From IMG/VR virus record IMGVR_UViG_3300006931_000007: a DNA stretch of 64,000 nt. The stretch is one strand, 5' to 3'. Shown here one piece after another: positions 1-8,428 of the stretch. The notes beneath the pieces are model-generated. The model made no database searches and was not told the DNA's origin. It saw nothing but the letters and a program-made list of their open reading frames with translations. Numbering within the stretch: the stretch's first letter is position 1; every line of letters starts with the position of its first letter. This DNA comes from a virus. The position numbers were made by a program, and so were the translations under genes.

Positions 1-1003
1 CGTGGAAATAATCGGCGTGGGCAATTACCTCGACGCGCGCGCTGTCATCGCTTTCAATATCCATGATGACGTGTTCGCCGTCGAATACGCTATCAACCCG
101 AGCCCTCCAGATTTGTCCGTTCAACAAACCAATATCGTGGTTGTTCCGAAGACAGACAAGTTTGTCGCCTTCCTGCGGTAGCGTCGAGGACCGCTTCAGC
201 AATTCCCGGGTGCGACCGTTCGAGCTTGTGCGGGTGGCGTTACGCCCAACAAGGAGCTGGTCTGTAGCGAGGACCGCGGCGGCGAGTTCTTCCCGGGGCA
301 TACGTGCCTGCGGCACCACACGGCTTTCGCCGTAGGTGCCTGGGCGTAGCTCGCGGCCTTCCCGAATCTCCTTGGACATCCAGATGATCGGGTTATCGGT
401 CGCCTGGCGGTGGATTTCGGTCAGGAGCAGATCAGGCTTGCCGGTGAAATAGCTGTTGCCCTTTACCGGCGGGAGCTGTCCCGGATCGCCGAGGAGGAGG
501 ATTGGGCACTTGAAGCTCAGAAGGTCCTCACCCATCACTTCGTCAATCATGGAGTATTCGTCCACAACCAGGAGCGCGGCTTCAAACAGGGGGCTTTCCA
601 TATTCAGCTGAAACATCGGACGCGCCAAGTTCATCTTCTCGGCGTGGATCGCGGCTTCAACTTTCTCGATCAGTGTTTTGGGCGGAGGACTCTGCGCCAT
701 GAATTTCGCGCGTTCGGCTTCGAGGTCCTTCAGCCGTTGCTGTGATTTATCTTTGGGCGTATAGATCAGCTTATGGATTGTGCTGACATTCGTCGCGCCG
801 GCTTTGGTCAGAACGTGTGCCGCCTTCCCGGTGTACGCTGCGAAGTAGACGGGACCCTTGACGGTCGAAGCGAGGTGCTTGGCCAACGTTGTCTTCCCGG
901 TGCCGGCGTATCCGGCAAGCTGAAAGAACGGTTTGTCTTTAGTTTGTAACCAGCGCCCAACAGCATCAAGCGCGTGGACCTGCTGGGGTGACCAATTTGA
1001 CAT
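1..1003 (-). CDS. RecD/Dda-like SF1 DNA helicase, C-terminus cut by window edge
   Basis: Manual translation from ATG 1003 (MSNWSPQQVHALDAVGRW...). Walker A GYAGTGKTTLAK, LLVVDEYSM, LLGDPGQLPPV and TEIHRQ helicase motifs. Frame stays open to position 1, so it is absent from the ORF track. Confidence 0.85.
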   Translation of the reverse strand, partial: MSNWSPQQVHALDAVGRWLQTKDKPFFQLAGYAGTGKTTLAKHLASTVKGPVYFAAYTGKAAHVLTKAGATNVSTIHKLIYTPKDKSQQRLKDLEAERAKFMAQSPPPKTLIEKVEAAIHAEKMNLARPMFQLNMESPLFEAALLVVDEYSMIDEVMGEDLLSFKCPILLLGDPGQLPPVKGNSYFTGKPDLLLTEIHRQATDNPIIWMSKEIREGRELRPGTYGESRVVPQARMPREELAAAVLATDQLLVGRNATRTSSNGRTRELLKRSSTLPQEGDKLVCLRNNHDIGLLNGQIWRARVDSVFDGEHVIMDIESDDSARVEVIAHADYFH

Positions 1004-1012
1004 GATGGGCGT

Positions 1013-1023
1013 GCTCCATTTCT
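1013..1023 (-). promoter_or_regulatory. conserved leader/SD box AGAAATGGAGC (copy 1)
   Basis: Exact 11-mer on the minus strand. GGAG lies 10 nt before ATG 1003. Confidence 0.6.
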
Positions 1024-1049
1024 CGAAAAAGAGGGGGCCGAAGCCCCCT
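1024..1049 (-). terminator. intrinsic terminator (GC hairpin, TTCG loop, T-tract)
   Basis: Minus strand reads AGGGGGC-TTCG-GCCCCCT followed by CTTTTTC. It sits directly after the stop of 1071..1898. Confidence 0.7.
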
Positions 1050-1070
1050 AAAGGTCCGCAGCGAGCGTGA

Positions 1071-1898
1071 TCAGAATTTCGGCTTGCCGGGTTCGGAACC
1101 TTGCTCAGTATCATCACCCGAGCCCGGGGCCTGCGATTCATACGCTGCGCGAGCCTTACCGCTATCAATCAAGGCTTTTACAGCAACCGCTTCCTGGAAC
1201 AGGGGATCAGACGGCGCGAGACGGCACGCCAGCGCGTTTTCGCCATCAAAGGTAATGTCCCAGTTGTAGAACTGACCCTTGGTGTTTTTCTCGGAGACCG
1301 TTTTCAGGCGATAGCGATGCGCGAACAGCGGAGCCGGAATGCGGCGACCGTCGGGGAGCGCAATCTGAATCGTCTTGGCTTTGGTCTGCCAGGCTTTGTA
1401 TTTCTTGATCTTGGTCGAGCTGAATGAGAGAACGGCTTGGCAGGTGCTGCCATCGTCCATCACCGCGATCCCGTATACATAGAACGTTTCCAACAGCTCA
1501 TTACCATCCGGGGTCTTGTACACGCCGAAGTCTTGACCAGAGATACAAGCGCGCACCAGCTCGCTTTGAACTTCATGGATACCGACGAAGCCACCGCCTG
1601 CGTCGCGGGGTTTCCACTCGACGTAGCAATGGTTGGTGGTAGCTGGAACAAACGCGATACCGTTTTTGGCCTCGAACACTTCGCCGGTAACGGTATTGAT
1701 GATCATGCCTTGACGCAACGCTTCGTTTTCCTGAATCTGGGGGCTCAGAGCCTGGAGAATCTGGAGGAACGGAATAGCATAGTCATCACTGGTTTGGTTC
1801 TCGAAACCCGCGCCAGCATACGCTTCGTAATCCACGTTGGTGGATAGATCGGTTGACGCTTTCGCGCCGACTTCTTTGCTTGCTTTTTCAGTAGCCAT
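1071..1898 (-). CDS. hypothetical protein in the replication/recombination block
   Basis: 275-aa ORF, co-directional, with a terminator downstream. No motif I can assign. An ssDNA-binding or annealing role is only a positional guess. Confidence 0.7.
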   Translation of the reverse strand: MATEKASKEVGAKASTDLSTNVDYEAYAGAGFENQTSDDYAIPFLQILQALSPQIQENEALRQGMIINTVTGEVFEAKNGIAFVPATTNHCYVEWKPRDAGGGFVGIHEVQSELVRACISGQDFGVYKTPDGNELLETFYVYGIAVMDDGSTCQAVLSFSSTKIKKYKAWQTKAKTIQIALPDGRRIPAPLFAHRYRLKTVSEKNTKGQFYNWDITFDGENALACRLAPSDPLFQEAVAVKALIDSGKARAAYESQAPGSGDDTEQGSEPGKPKF

Positions 1899-2060
1899 GA
1901 TGTATTTCCTATCAAAGTGAGCGGGTTATTTAATGACCCCCGGTCGAAAAGTCACGCCGTACTCTCCGGCTGTCCCACACTTAACCTGGTGGCGGTAATT
2001 TTGGTGCCCGTCGGGCCAGGGGAGAGGCCCATCACCTCCGCTCCCCCGACCTCCCGGACA

Positions 2061-2618
2061 TTAAACCTTGATGCGCGATACGCGCTGGCGGTGTACGCCA
2101 AACAGCTCCAGGGGGATTTCCTCACCCTTGCTTAGTTTTTCTTTCACCCAGGCGCCGAGCGTCTGAGCATGTACTGAGGTCTGGTCCTCGACTTCAAAGC
2201 CTTCGGCGGTCAGGCGCGCGCGGAGGTCATCGGCCTTCTCATCTTCATTCTTGCCGAAGCTGAGGGTCACGACACGCTTGATCAAGGCCGCATGGCCGTG
2301 CTCGCGTAACCAGGCAAAGGAACGCGGGGCAACCGCTTTCGGGATACTGGCGCGGATCGTCTCGGCGACTTCAACAGTCAGGCCGGAGGCGGTTTTGAAC
2401 GAAGCCATACCGATCTGGTCCATGAGTTCAGGCACCTGACGTTCGGCGAAATCGCGAAGGACTTCTTTGGCTTTGTTCAATTCGGCTTCGATCCGCTTCA
2501 CTTCGGCTTCGGCGCCGGCTTGCAGTTCAGCGAGCTTTGAGAGTTGGGCGAGGTCACCACTTGCGGCGGTCTCGGGTTGGACATAGTCCAGATAGGATTC
2601 AGTGGGTTCAGTTGACAT
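2061..2618 (-). CDS. coiled-coil hypothetical protein
   Basis: ORF 2061..2630. I prefer the second in-frame ATG (2618), 6 nt after the GGAG of the leader box. The N-terminal half is A/E/K-rich (LAELQAGAEAEVKRIEAELNKAKEVL). Confidence 0.7.
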   Translation of the reverse strand: MSTEPTESYLDYVQPETAASGDLAQLSKLAELQAGAEAEVKRIEAELNKAKEVLRDFAERQVPELMDQIGMASFKTASGLTVEVAETIRASIPKAVAPRSFAWLREHGHAALIKRVVTLSFGKNEDEKADDLRARLTAEGFEVEDQTSVHAQTLGAWVKEKLSKGEEIPLELFGVHRQRVSRIKV

Positions 2619-2623
2619 AAAAT

Positions 2624-2634
2624 GCTCCATTTCT
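2624..2634 (-). promoter_or_regulatory. conserved leader/SD box AGAAATGGAGC (copy 2)
   Basis: Exact 11-mer. GGAG lies 6 nt before ATG 2618. Confidence 0.6.
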
Positions 2635-2671
2635 CGGGGCGTAGGGGTTCAGGAGTGGGAACTATACGGCA

Positions 2672-3031
2672 TCAATTTTCAGAAGTAAAGAGGCCAGCCG
2701 CTTCCACATTTATGTATCTTTGATCTTTACCGCTCCACTGGAGCAATGACACTTTTCCGCCGTTCATACTGGCAGCGATAGCGACGGCGAAACCAATCAG
2801 AACCGGGTTGCCGACCAACAGCAAATGATCATCCGCGCCGAAGTCCTTCAGTTTGTCCCGAAGCTCCGCGACGATAGGCGCCGACCGGAATGGGGCTGCT
2901 GTTGGGCTGAGGAGATAGACCAATTGACCGTAGCTTTCGGCGGGGGTGAGATCGAACTTGGGATTGAATACTTGCTTTTCCCGATCCCACTTGTGCTGAT
3001 TCTGTACAACAAATACACGGCTCATAGCCAT
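2672..3031 (-). CDS. hypothetical protein
   Basis: 119-aa ORF overlapping the SNF2 gene stop by 10 nt. Coding-like composition. Confidence 0.65.
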   Translation of the reverse strand: MAMSRVFVVQNQHKWDREKQVFNPKFDLTPAESYGQLVYLLSPTAAPFRSAPIVAELRDKLKDFGADDHLLLVGNPVLIGFAVAIAASMNGGKVSLLQWSGKDQRYINVEAAGLFTSEN

Positions 3032-4746
3032 TCCTTCATTCTGTCGCCGGTGATCTGGCTCGCAATATTGAACTTTTCTCTCAGGGCCGTTACGATCTTT
3101 TCATCCACAGTGTCCTCGCCGACAAGATCAACGTACAACACCTGGTTGGTTTGACCGATCCGGTGCGCCCGATCCTCCGACTGGAGGCGATCAATCAATT
3201 TGAAGCTGTTCGAGTAGTATATGACCATTTTGGCCGCGGTCAAAGTAAGGCCGGTTGCGCCAGCCGCTGGGTTGCCAACGAATACCTGGGCCTGCTCCTC
3301 CGGCGGGACGGGCTCGCGCCCAACCACTTGACCTTTGTGGTACAGCGTCCGCTCCCCTTGAAAGATTTCCTTGTTGAACGCGCGCTGGTCATCGTTCACC
3401 TGTCCGTCATACCGAACGGCCTTGATGCCTTTCGCGGTCAGGGCGTCGATAATCAGCGTGATGTCCATCTGGAAGCGAGCCCAGACGATTACCTTGTGGG
3501 CGGAGTTCTCGACCAACTCAACCAGTTGCTCCAGGCGCCGGTTCGCGCCGGGGATAATGTACATTGGCTCCTCTTGATCATCGGTCGGGATATACCCGCA
3601 AGTGATCTGCTGAAGCCGGAGAAGCCGAACCATAGCCAGCGCCGCTATGATTGGTGTATCGCCCTCCTGTTGGGCCTCATTACCGAAGCAATCGGGGCAT
3701 GGGTAAATATAACCATCAGCCTGTATTTCCTTCGTCCCCTTGCAGCTTGGGCAAGCGCCTTCGGGCGCCGGGAGGAGTTCGAGCTGTTCGGCCTCCTTCT
3801 CCAATCCGCCGGTTTCGATCCAGACAATATATTCCTCCTTCATGTCCCGGTAGAGCTTCGCCTGCTCCGGGGTCATTGTGAAGTAGCGTTTCTGGTAGAG
3901 CTTCGGCGGAAGGTCCAACACGTCATCCTTCGTGACGCGAGAGGATATGGGCTGAAGGAGTGTGTTCAATTCGTCCAGGCGGCGATAGCCCAACAACACA
4001 TCGTACTCGGCACCTGTGCGCTGCTTCGTCTTGTAGTTCATGGCGTTCGGGTTCCAACCCTTCTTCCATATTCCGAAGTGCTTTTTGAACTCCACAAAGG
4101 TCGAAAGCTCGGCGCGCTGCCAGTAGGCTTCATCAAGGAACGTGATTTCAGTGTAGGCATCGAACGGACCCTGAGCAATCGGGGTTCCGGTCAGGATGCG
4201 TCTGAAGGGGGCATACTTCGCCGATTTCAATATTGACTTCGTCCGGTCGGTGTCCGGGGTCTTGATCCAATGCCCTTCGTCGAGGACGTACAGGAGCTTG
4301 CGCTTGTCCATGAAGTCGATCAGCGCGCGCTTTCCCCCGTTCGTCATGAAGGCTTCATAGCTGATCGTCAGCCAGGCAAAGCCGTTGTGGTTGATGACTT
4401 CCTTCACGGCGCGAGCGTGCCATTTGGAATCGGCCTTGGGGGCTTGATAATGGAAGGCGCGGACGGATTTCATAACAGCGTCGGGGACGTGCGCCGGGAT
4501 TTCGTCGGCGACCCAATTGCGGTGTACGCCGTTCGGAGCGACTACCAGCACCCCGTCAATAAGTCCGCGGAGCCATAGCCAACAGGCGGTGTCAATGGTG
4601 AGCTTCGACTTACCAGTGCCCTGTTCCCAGAAGATAGCCCGGGCGACTTCTTCGCGGGAGCGTTCCCACTCAGCGCGCTGATGATTGAAGGGATCGGTTT
4701 TGAATTCGTAAAACTGGCCGGGGGCGATTTCATATTGCTGGGTCAC
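3022..4746 (-). CDS. SNF2-family helicase/translocase with internal Zn-ribbon insertion
   Basis: QGTGKS (motif I), LYVLDEGHWIK (DEGH, motif II), QSEDRAHRIGQ (motif VI). A CPSC...CPDC pair sits between the lobes. Start moved from TTG 4776 to GTG 4746, 8 nt after the GGAG box. Confidence 0.85.
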   Translation of the reverse strand: MTQQYEIAPGQFYEFKTDPFNHQRAEWERSREEVARAIFWEQGTGKSKLTIDTACWLWLRGLIDGVLVVAPNGVHRNWVADEIPAHVPDAVMKSVRAFHYQAPKADSKWHARAVKEVINHNGFAWLTISYEAFMTNGGKRALIDFMDKRKLLYVLDEGHWIKTPDTDRTKSILKSAKYAPFRRILTGTPIAQGPFDAYTEITFLDEAYWQRAELSTFVEFKKHFGIWKKGWNPNAMNYKTKQRTGAEYDVLLGYRRLDELNTLLQPISSRVTKDDVLDLPPKLYQKRYFTMTPEQAKLYRDMKEEYIVWIETGGLEKEAEQLELLPAPEGACPSCKGTKEIQADGYIYPCPDCFGNEAQQEGDTPIIAALAMVRLLRLQQITCGYIPTDDQEEPMYIIPGANRRLEQLVELVENSAHKVIVWARFQMDITLIIDALTAKGIKAVRYDGQVNDDQRAFNKEIFQGERTLYHKGQVVGREPVPPEEQAQVFVGNPAAGATGLTLTAAKMVIYYSNSFKLIDRLQSEDRAHRIGQTNQVLYVDLVGEDTVDEKIVTALREKFNIASQITGDRMKEWL

Positions 4747-4753
4747 TTTTGTG

Positions 4754-4764
4754 GCTCCATTTCT
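4754..4764 (-). promoter_or_regulatory. conserved leader/SD box AGAAATGGAGC (copy 3)
   Basis: Exact 11-mer. GGAG lies 8 nt before GTG 4746. Confidence 0.6.
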
Positions 4765-4826
4765 GTGTGTACTCAACGCCCAGAGATAATACCGGGCCGG
4801 CTCGGGTAACGCTCGCGGCTTTTCAT

Positions 4827-5172
4827 GTCTACTCGACTTACTCTGAATTCACTATACTTCGGTTTTAAAAAGTAAACAGGTCAAGTAGGTCCTAAGTCAT
4901 TGATAAGTCTCTTTTAATATATAATTATTATTATTATTACTTAACTTACTTAACTTACTTAACTAGAAACCCTGCAATGCTACCCGGAGCCGGCGCTGAG
5001 TTCTCTCGGGCGCATTCATCGGGAGATTTCGATTTGAAGTGGAGTAAGTCAAGTAAGTCAAGTAGACAAGTTTTAAGCGCATGAAAGCCTTGACGTTTTA
5101 CACAGAAAAACATCTACTTGACTAGCGGAAAAGTATAGCAGAATTGAAGTAAAAACACGATAAGTCAAGCGC
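4827..5172. repeat. AT-rich iteron island A, homologous to island B at 35927..36297
   Basis: 4881-4972 aligns column by column with 35991-36082 (offset 31110). A 35-bp core at 5043-5077 is identical to 36160-36194. At least 6 copies of the AAGTCAAGTAG/CTACTTGACTT box, an (ATT)n tract and (TTACTTAAC)x3. Visibly AT-rich against GC-rich flanks. Confidence 0.9.
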
Positions 5173-5173
5173 A

Positions 5174-5488
5174 TTATTTGGAAATCCACTGCTTGAGGCC
5201 CACAACGATAAGCCCAACAACCCCAGTTAGGAAGATGGTCAGGATGGCCAACATGCCCTTACTTCGGAGTTCTTCGCCTGCTCGACGCCACTGACGGAGG
5301 TGCTGAAAGTCCCTTTGCATCTCAATCGGCTGCGAAAAATCGACGCCGAGCTGTAGCAATGTCTGTTTTACGGCCTCAGCGACCACATCCGTGACGTCAT
5401 CGCGCGTTAAAACCGGGTGGTTTTGAAGCTCCAACCGGGCGGCTCTTTTGGCAATGGCTTCGATTTCGTCCGGGGAAAGGGGCATCAT
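5174..5488 (-). CDS. hypothetical protein with C-terminal transmembrane anchor
   Basis: 104-aa ORF. GAGG lies upstream of ATGATG. The C-terminus MLAILTIFLTGVVGLIVVGL is hydrophobic. Last gene of the structural block. Confidence 0.65.
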   Translation of the reverse strand: MMPLSPDEIEAIAKRAARLELQNHPVLTRDDVTDVVAEAVKQTLLQLGVDFSQPIEMQRDFQHLRQWRRAGEELRSKGMLAILTIFLTGVVGLIVVGLKQWISK

Positions 5489-5549
5489 ACAACCTCAAAA
5501 TGTTTGTATGGCGCGTATAGTACCGGGTCGGGTACTGATCCGCAAAATT

Positions 5550-5723
5550 TTATCCCGGGGCAAGGAGCATGAACGATGACTGCTTGTTCGAGAATCCAGC
5601 CGGCGCGCCGGAGCCGTCGGACTCCAGGTCAACAATGACGCTGTTACCGTCCGGCGGGTTATAGATCGGCGTCGGCGCGAACGCGATAACAATAGTGACC
5701 CCATCGGGTGGTGTGTAGCTCAT
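5550..5723 (-). CDS. small hypothetical protein (57 aa, below ORF-track cutoff)
   Basis: Manual translation MSYTPPDGVTIVIAFAPTPIYNPPDGNSVIVDLESDGSGAPAGFSNKQSSFMLLAPG. Its ATG overlaps the stop of 5720..6142 as ATGA. It fills an otherwise empty gap. Confidence 0.4.
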   Translation of the reverse strand: MSYTPPDGVTIVIAFAPTPIYNPPDGNSVIVDLESDGSGAPAGFSNKQSSFMLLAPG

Positions 5724-6142
5724 AGTTTCGGATACAGCCGGTCATAAGTCTGGGTATTGTAGGGGAAGTCCACAGCCACAATAAAGTAGTCATTGGAATT
5801 CCGATCTAACCCCGAGAACGAAAAAGCCCCGGTGGCGTCGCTCCGCGCCATACCGATCAATTGACCCGAGGGCCTGTGGTAGAGGTAGATTTGGACGAAC
5901 GGGGCAACCGTCGCGCCCAATCCAGAACCAATCTGCGTGATCCCGCGGAGGTTCCCGAGGCGATCCACGTTCAGATAGGCTTGGTTGTTTTGTTGAGTAT
6001 TGATCTCAAGCCGTTTCCACCAGGGCAACGGCTCATCATATTTCTTCCAGGCCTGTTTCACCGTTACAGCATAGCGCGCGATCCGGTCCGCCCGATAGAA
6101 GCCAGGAGGAGCACTGCATTTTGTCGTAATCGTCGCCATCAC
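5720..6142 (-). CDS. tail-fibre-associated protein, C-terminal beta-sandwich-like (tentative)
   Basis: 140-aa ORF, translationally coupled to the fibre paralogue upstream. The C-terminal IYLYHRPSGQLIGMARSDATGAFSFSGL pattern resembles carboxypeptidase-regulatory-like domains, from memory. Confidence 0.6.
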   Translation of the reverse strand: MMATITTKCSAPPGFYRADRIARYAVTVKQAWKKYDEPLPWWKRLEINTQQNNQAYLNVDRLGNLRGITQIGSGLGATVAPFVQIYLYHRPSGQLIGMARSDATGAFSFSGLDRNSNDYFIVAVDFPYNTQTYDRLYPKL

Positions 6143-7266
6143 CAGGTGTCCGAAGTTTCAATGAGGCAGGCTTGGCCGACCGCATTATTGTGGAAATACT
6201 CGAACGTTTTGCCAACTAGATCACCAGTTGCCGGGATATAGAAGTCACCGTGAGACAACGGGTCCGGGTGGCAAATGTTCCACAGCCCAGGCATAATCCC
6301 GCGGTGCGAGGCTGTTTCACCGATACCTACCGGCGCCAGAATTATCGCGCCATCAGCTCCGTTCGGATAGGTAACACCGTTCACGCCCATGTTCGCGCTC
6401 GCGAAGGAGCGGGCCGCATCGGTGTACTTTGAACACGTCACCGCGGTTCCGGTCTGGGCGAAAGTCCGTGCCATCCAATGACCTGTAGTAATTGTATTGG
6501 CATTAGTTGATAGGACCAGCAACGAAGTAGACGTTGCCGTGGCCGACGTACAGGGGATAATGATAGTGTGGTAAGCGTCACCGGATTTGTAAGACGTGAT
6601 ATCACCGAACGCAAACGCAACCGCTGTGGTCCACAGAGCTTGGGCGGCTTGGTTGATGAACAAATAGAACAACTTCCCATTACAAATGAGGGTCCAATCG
6701 CGAGACGCCGAGGAGGCTGCGTTGGATTTAACCAAATAACCTCCGCCGGCTGATTGAACAGCTGTGGGAAAGAGGCCGGTGCCGGTATTCACGGCGGACA
6801 TAGTTTCATAGCCGGTCATCCGCGCGGAAGTCGCGGTTGTATTATCGTCCACCATCAAATAGAAGCCGTTCGAGCCCGCCGGCTGTTTGTACGCAGCAAG
6901 GTTGGTTCCGGTGTAGGGCTTCGTCCAGCCCGAGGACGCCTTGCCTACGGTGCCTTGTACGCTTGCCGTTGCGGGGCTACCAGCGACGGCATAGGTGAAG
7001 GTACTTGCCCCCGTTACGGTGATTGTGTATTCGCCGTTATAGGCGGCGGGCGTGACCCCGGAAATCAGCACCTTCGGGGTTCCGGTCAAACCATGAGCAA
7101 CCGAAGTTGTGACCGTCGCGATTCCCCCGGACTGTGTCAGGGAGGTAGTGGCCAAGGAGCCATAGCCATTTACCAGACAGGCGTCGAGGACGTTAATCAA
7201 GGACCCAACCAAGCCATTCAGCGAGGGGGCGTTGGGATCAGTCGAACGGTAAACACGTACAGTCAT
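6139..7266 (-). CDS. tail fibre / receptor-binding protein, paralogue B
   Basis: 375 aa. Clear paralogue of 7270..8427: both start MTVR..., share SLI.LLDACLVNGYGS and AAYNGE, and end SDTW. Confidence 0.75.
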   Translation of the reverse strand: MTVRVYRSTDPNAPSLNGLVGSLINVLDACLVNGYGSLATTSLTQSGGIATVTTSVAHGLTGTPKVLISGVTPAAYNGEYTITVTGASTFTYAVAGSPATASVQGTVGKASSGWTKPYTGTNLAAYKQPAGSNGFYLMVDDNTTATSARMTGYETMSAVNTGTGLFPTAVQSAGGGYLVKSNAASSASRDWTLICNGKLFYLFINQAAQALWTTAVAFAFGDITSYKSGDAYHTIIIPCTSATATSTSLLVLSTNANTITTGHWMARTFAQTGTAVTCSKYTDAARSFASANMGVNGVTYPNGADGAIILAPVGIGETASHRGIMPGLWNICHPDPLSHGDFYIPATGDLVGKTFEYFHNNAVGQACLIETSDTW

Positions 7267-7269
7267 AAA

Positions 7270-8427
7270 TCACCAGGTGTCCGAAACTTCAAGGTGGATT
7301 TGGCCCGTACTGTAAATGTTGTGAGCCACGAAAATCTTGTTCAATAAGTCGCCTGTGGTTCCGGTAATGTACTCCAAATGTCCGTTGGGACGGGTCTGAT
7401 TGGATGACCAGATACCGGGGACCAATCCGCGGACGCAAAGAGCGGCGGCGAAACCGGGAGGAACTTGTTCACCACACCAGATCGCGCCCAAGGACAACGC
7501 ACCGTCGGGGGCATGCGGATAGGGAAGCGTGCCGCTACCAGTTAGCGTCGAGTTACCCGAGCGGGCACTATCTGATATACGGCAACAGCTAATAGATGAA
7601 CCAATCTGGGTGTACGAACGGGCCAGATAACTACCCAATTGGGTTGTCTGCAAGTTAGCCACAATCGTATTGATGTTTTGAGCCGTATTCGCCGCCGCGG
7701 TGTAACCAGTCAGAATAGTAGCATAGGCGTCGCCGCTGGAATACGAGTTAATCTGCCCAAAGGAGATACCGCCCCCGGTCGATGCGTCGCTGGAGTTATC
7801 CGCAAGAAGGTGAAACAAGTTTCCATTACAAATGAGAATCCAAGGCCGCGCCGTCGAGTTAGCCGTGGCGCTTTTAAACATCCATAAGTTACCATTACCG
7901 CCTTGTTGTGACGGCGAAGGAAAGTAATTCAGACCCGTCGATGCGTCATAGGCAACCTCGCAACCTTTCAGGGTCGCAACGTTCGCGGTGCCGGCGTCGT
8001 TGACCAACAAATAATGGCCGTTCGATCCGACCGGCATTTTGTAAGCGGCCTGGTTCGTTGCACTGAAGGCTTTCGTCCAGCCGCAACCGTTTTTCTTCGC
8101 GGTGATCGTACCCGTCGCCGGGCTCGCCGTTCCGCCGGGGACCGCATAGGTGAAGGTGTTCAAGCCGGTGATAGTGCAATCGAATTCGCCGTTGTACGCC
8201 GCCGGAGTCGCCCCGGCAATCAAGATACGGGTCTTGGGCACAGAACCATAGCCATGGGGTGCCGTAGTCGTGACCGTCGCGACGCCCGCCGCCTGCGTGA
8301 TCGAGGTAATAGCCACCGAACCGTAACCATTCACCAGACAGGCGTCCAGCAACGTGATCAATGATCCATTGTTACCGTTTAGGACGGGAGCGCCCGCGTC
8401 ACTGGAGGAGAAATAACGTACAGTCAT
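7270..8427 (-). CDS. tail fibre / receptor-binding protein, paralogue A
   Basis: 385 aa. Tandem paralogue of 6139..7266. Conserved N-terminal third, divergent middle. Confidence 0.75.
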   Translation of the reverse strand: MTVRYFSSSDAGAPVLNGNNGSLITLLDACLVNGYGSVAITSITQAAGVATVTTTAPHGYGSVPKTRILIAGATPAAYNGEFDCTITGLNTFTYAVPGGTASPATGTITAKKNGCGWTKAFSATNQAAYKMPVGSNGHYLLVNDAGTANVATLKGCEVAYDASTGLNYFPSPSQQGGNGNLWMFKSATANSTARPWILICNGNLFHLLADNSSDASTGGGISFGQINSYSSGDAYATILTGYTAAANTAQNINTIVANLQTTQLGSYLARSYTQIGSSISCCRISDSARSGNSTLTGSGTLPYPHAPDGALSLGAIWCGEQVPPGFAAALCVRGLVPGIWSSNQTRPNGHLEYITGTTGDLLNKIFVAHNIYSTGQIHLEVSDTW

Positions 8428-8428
8428 A

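Noticed and set aside
1899-2060. The 160-bp gap, with a GGGCC/GGCCC hairpin and a possible 26-codon ORF (GTGATGGGCCTC...).
   Set aside because: The hairpin is short, the ORF is tiny with awkward SD spacing, and there are no family motifs. The evidence is insufficient to call an sRNA or a gene.
4848-4876. The TTTACT...TATAGT pair upstream of the SNF2 gene, and the TTTACT-N10-TATACT pairs inside both islands (about 5127-5148 and 36248-36269), as functional promoters.
   Set aside because: Spacers of 14 and 10 nt are incompatible with sigma70-type recognition. They may be decoys, remnants or sites for another factor, and they are mentioned under the promoter-family finding.
4920-5080. The short tandem repeats in the islands, (TTACTTAAC)n, (AAGTAAGTC)n and (ATT)n, as a possible CRISPR array or tRNA.
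   Set aside because: The repeats are 3-9 bp, contiguous and have no spacers, which does not fit a CRISPR array. No cloverleaf-compatible segment was seen.
5495-5704. A 69-aa minus-strand ORF in the gap between 5488 and 5720.
   Set aside because: The product is Arg/Ser/Thr-rich and non-coding-like. The overlapping 57-aa frame 5550..5723 has an ATGA overlap with the upstream gene and better composition, so I preferred that.
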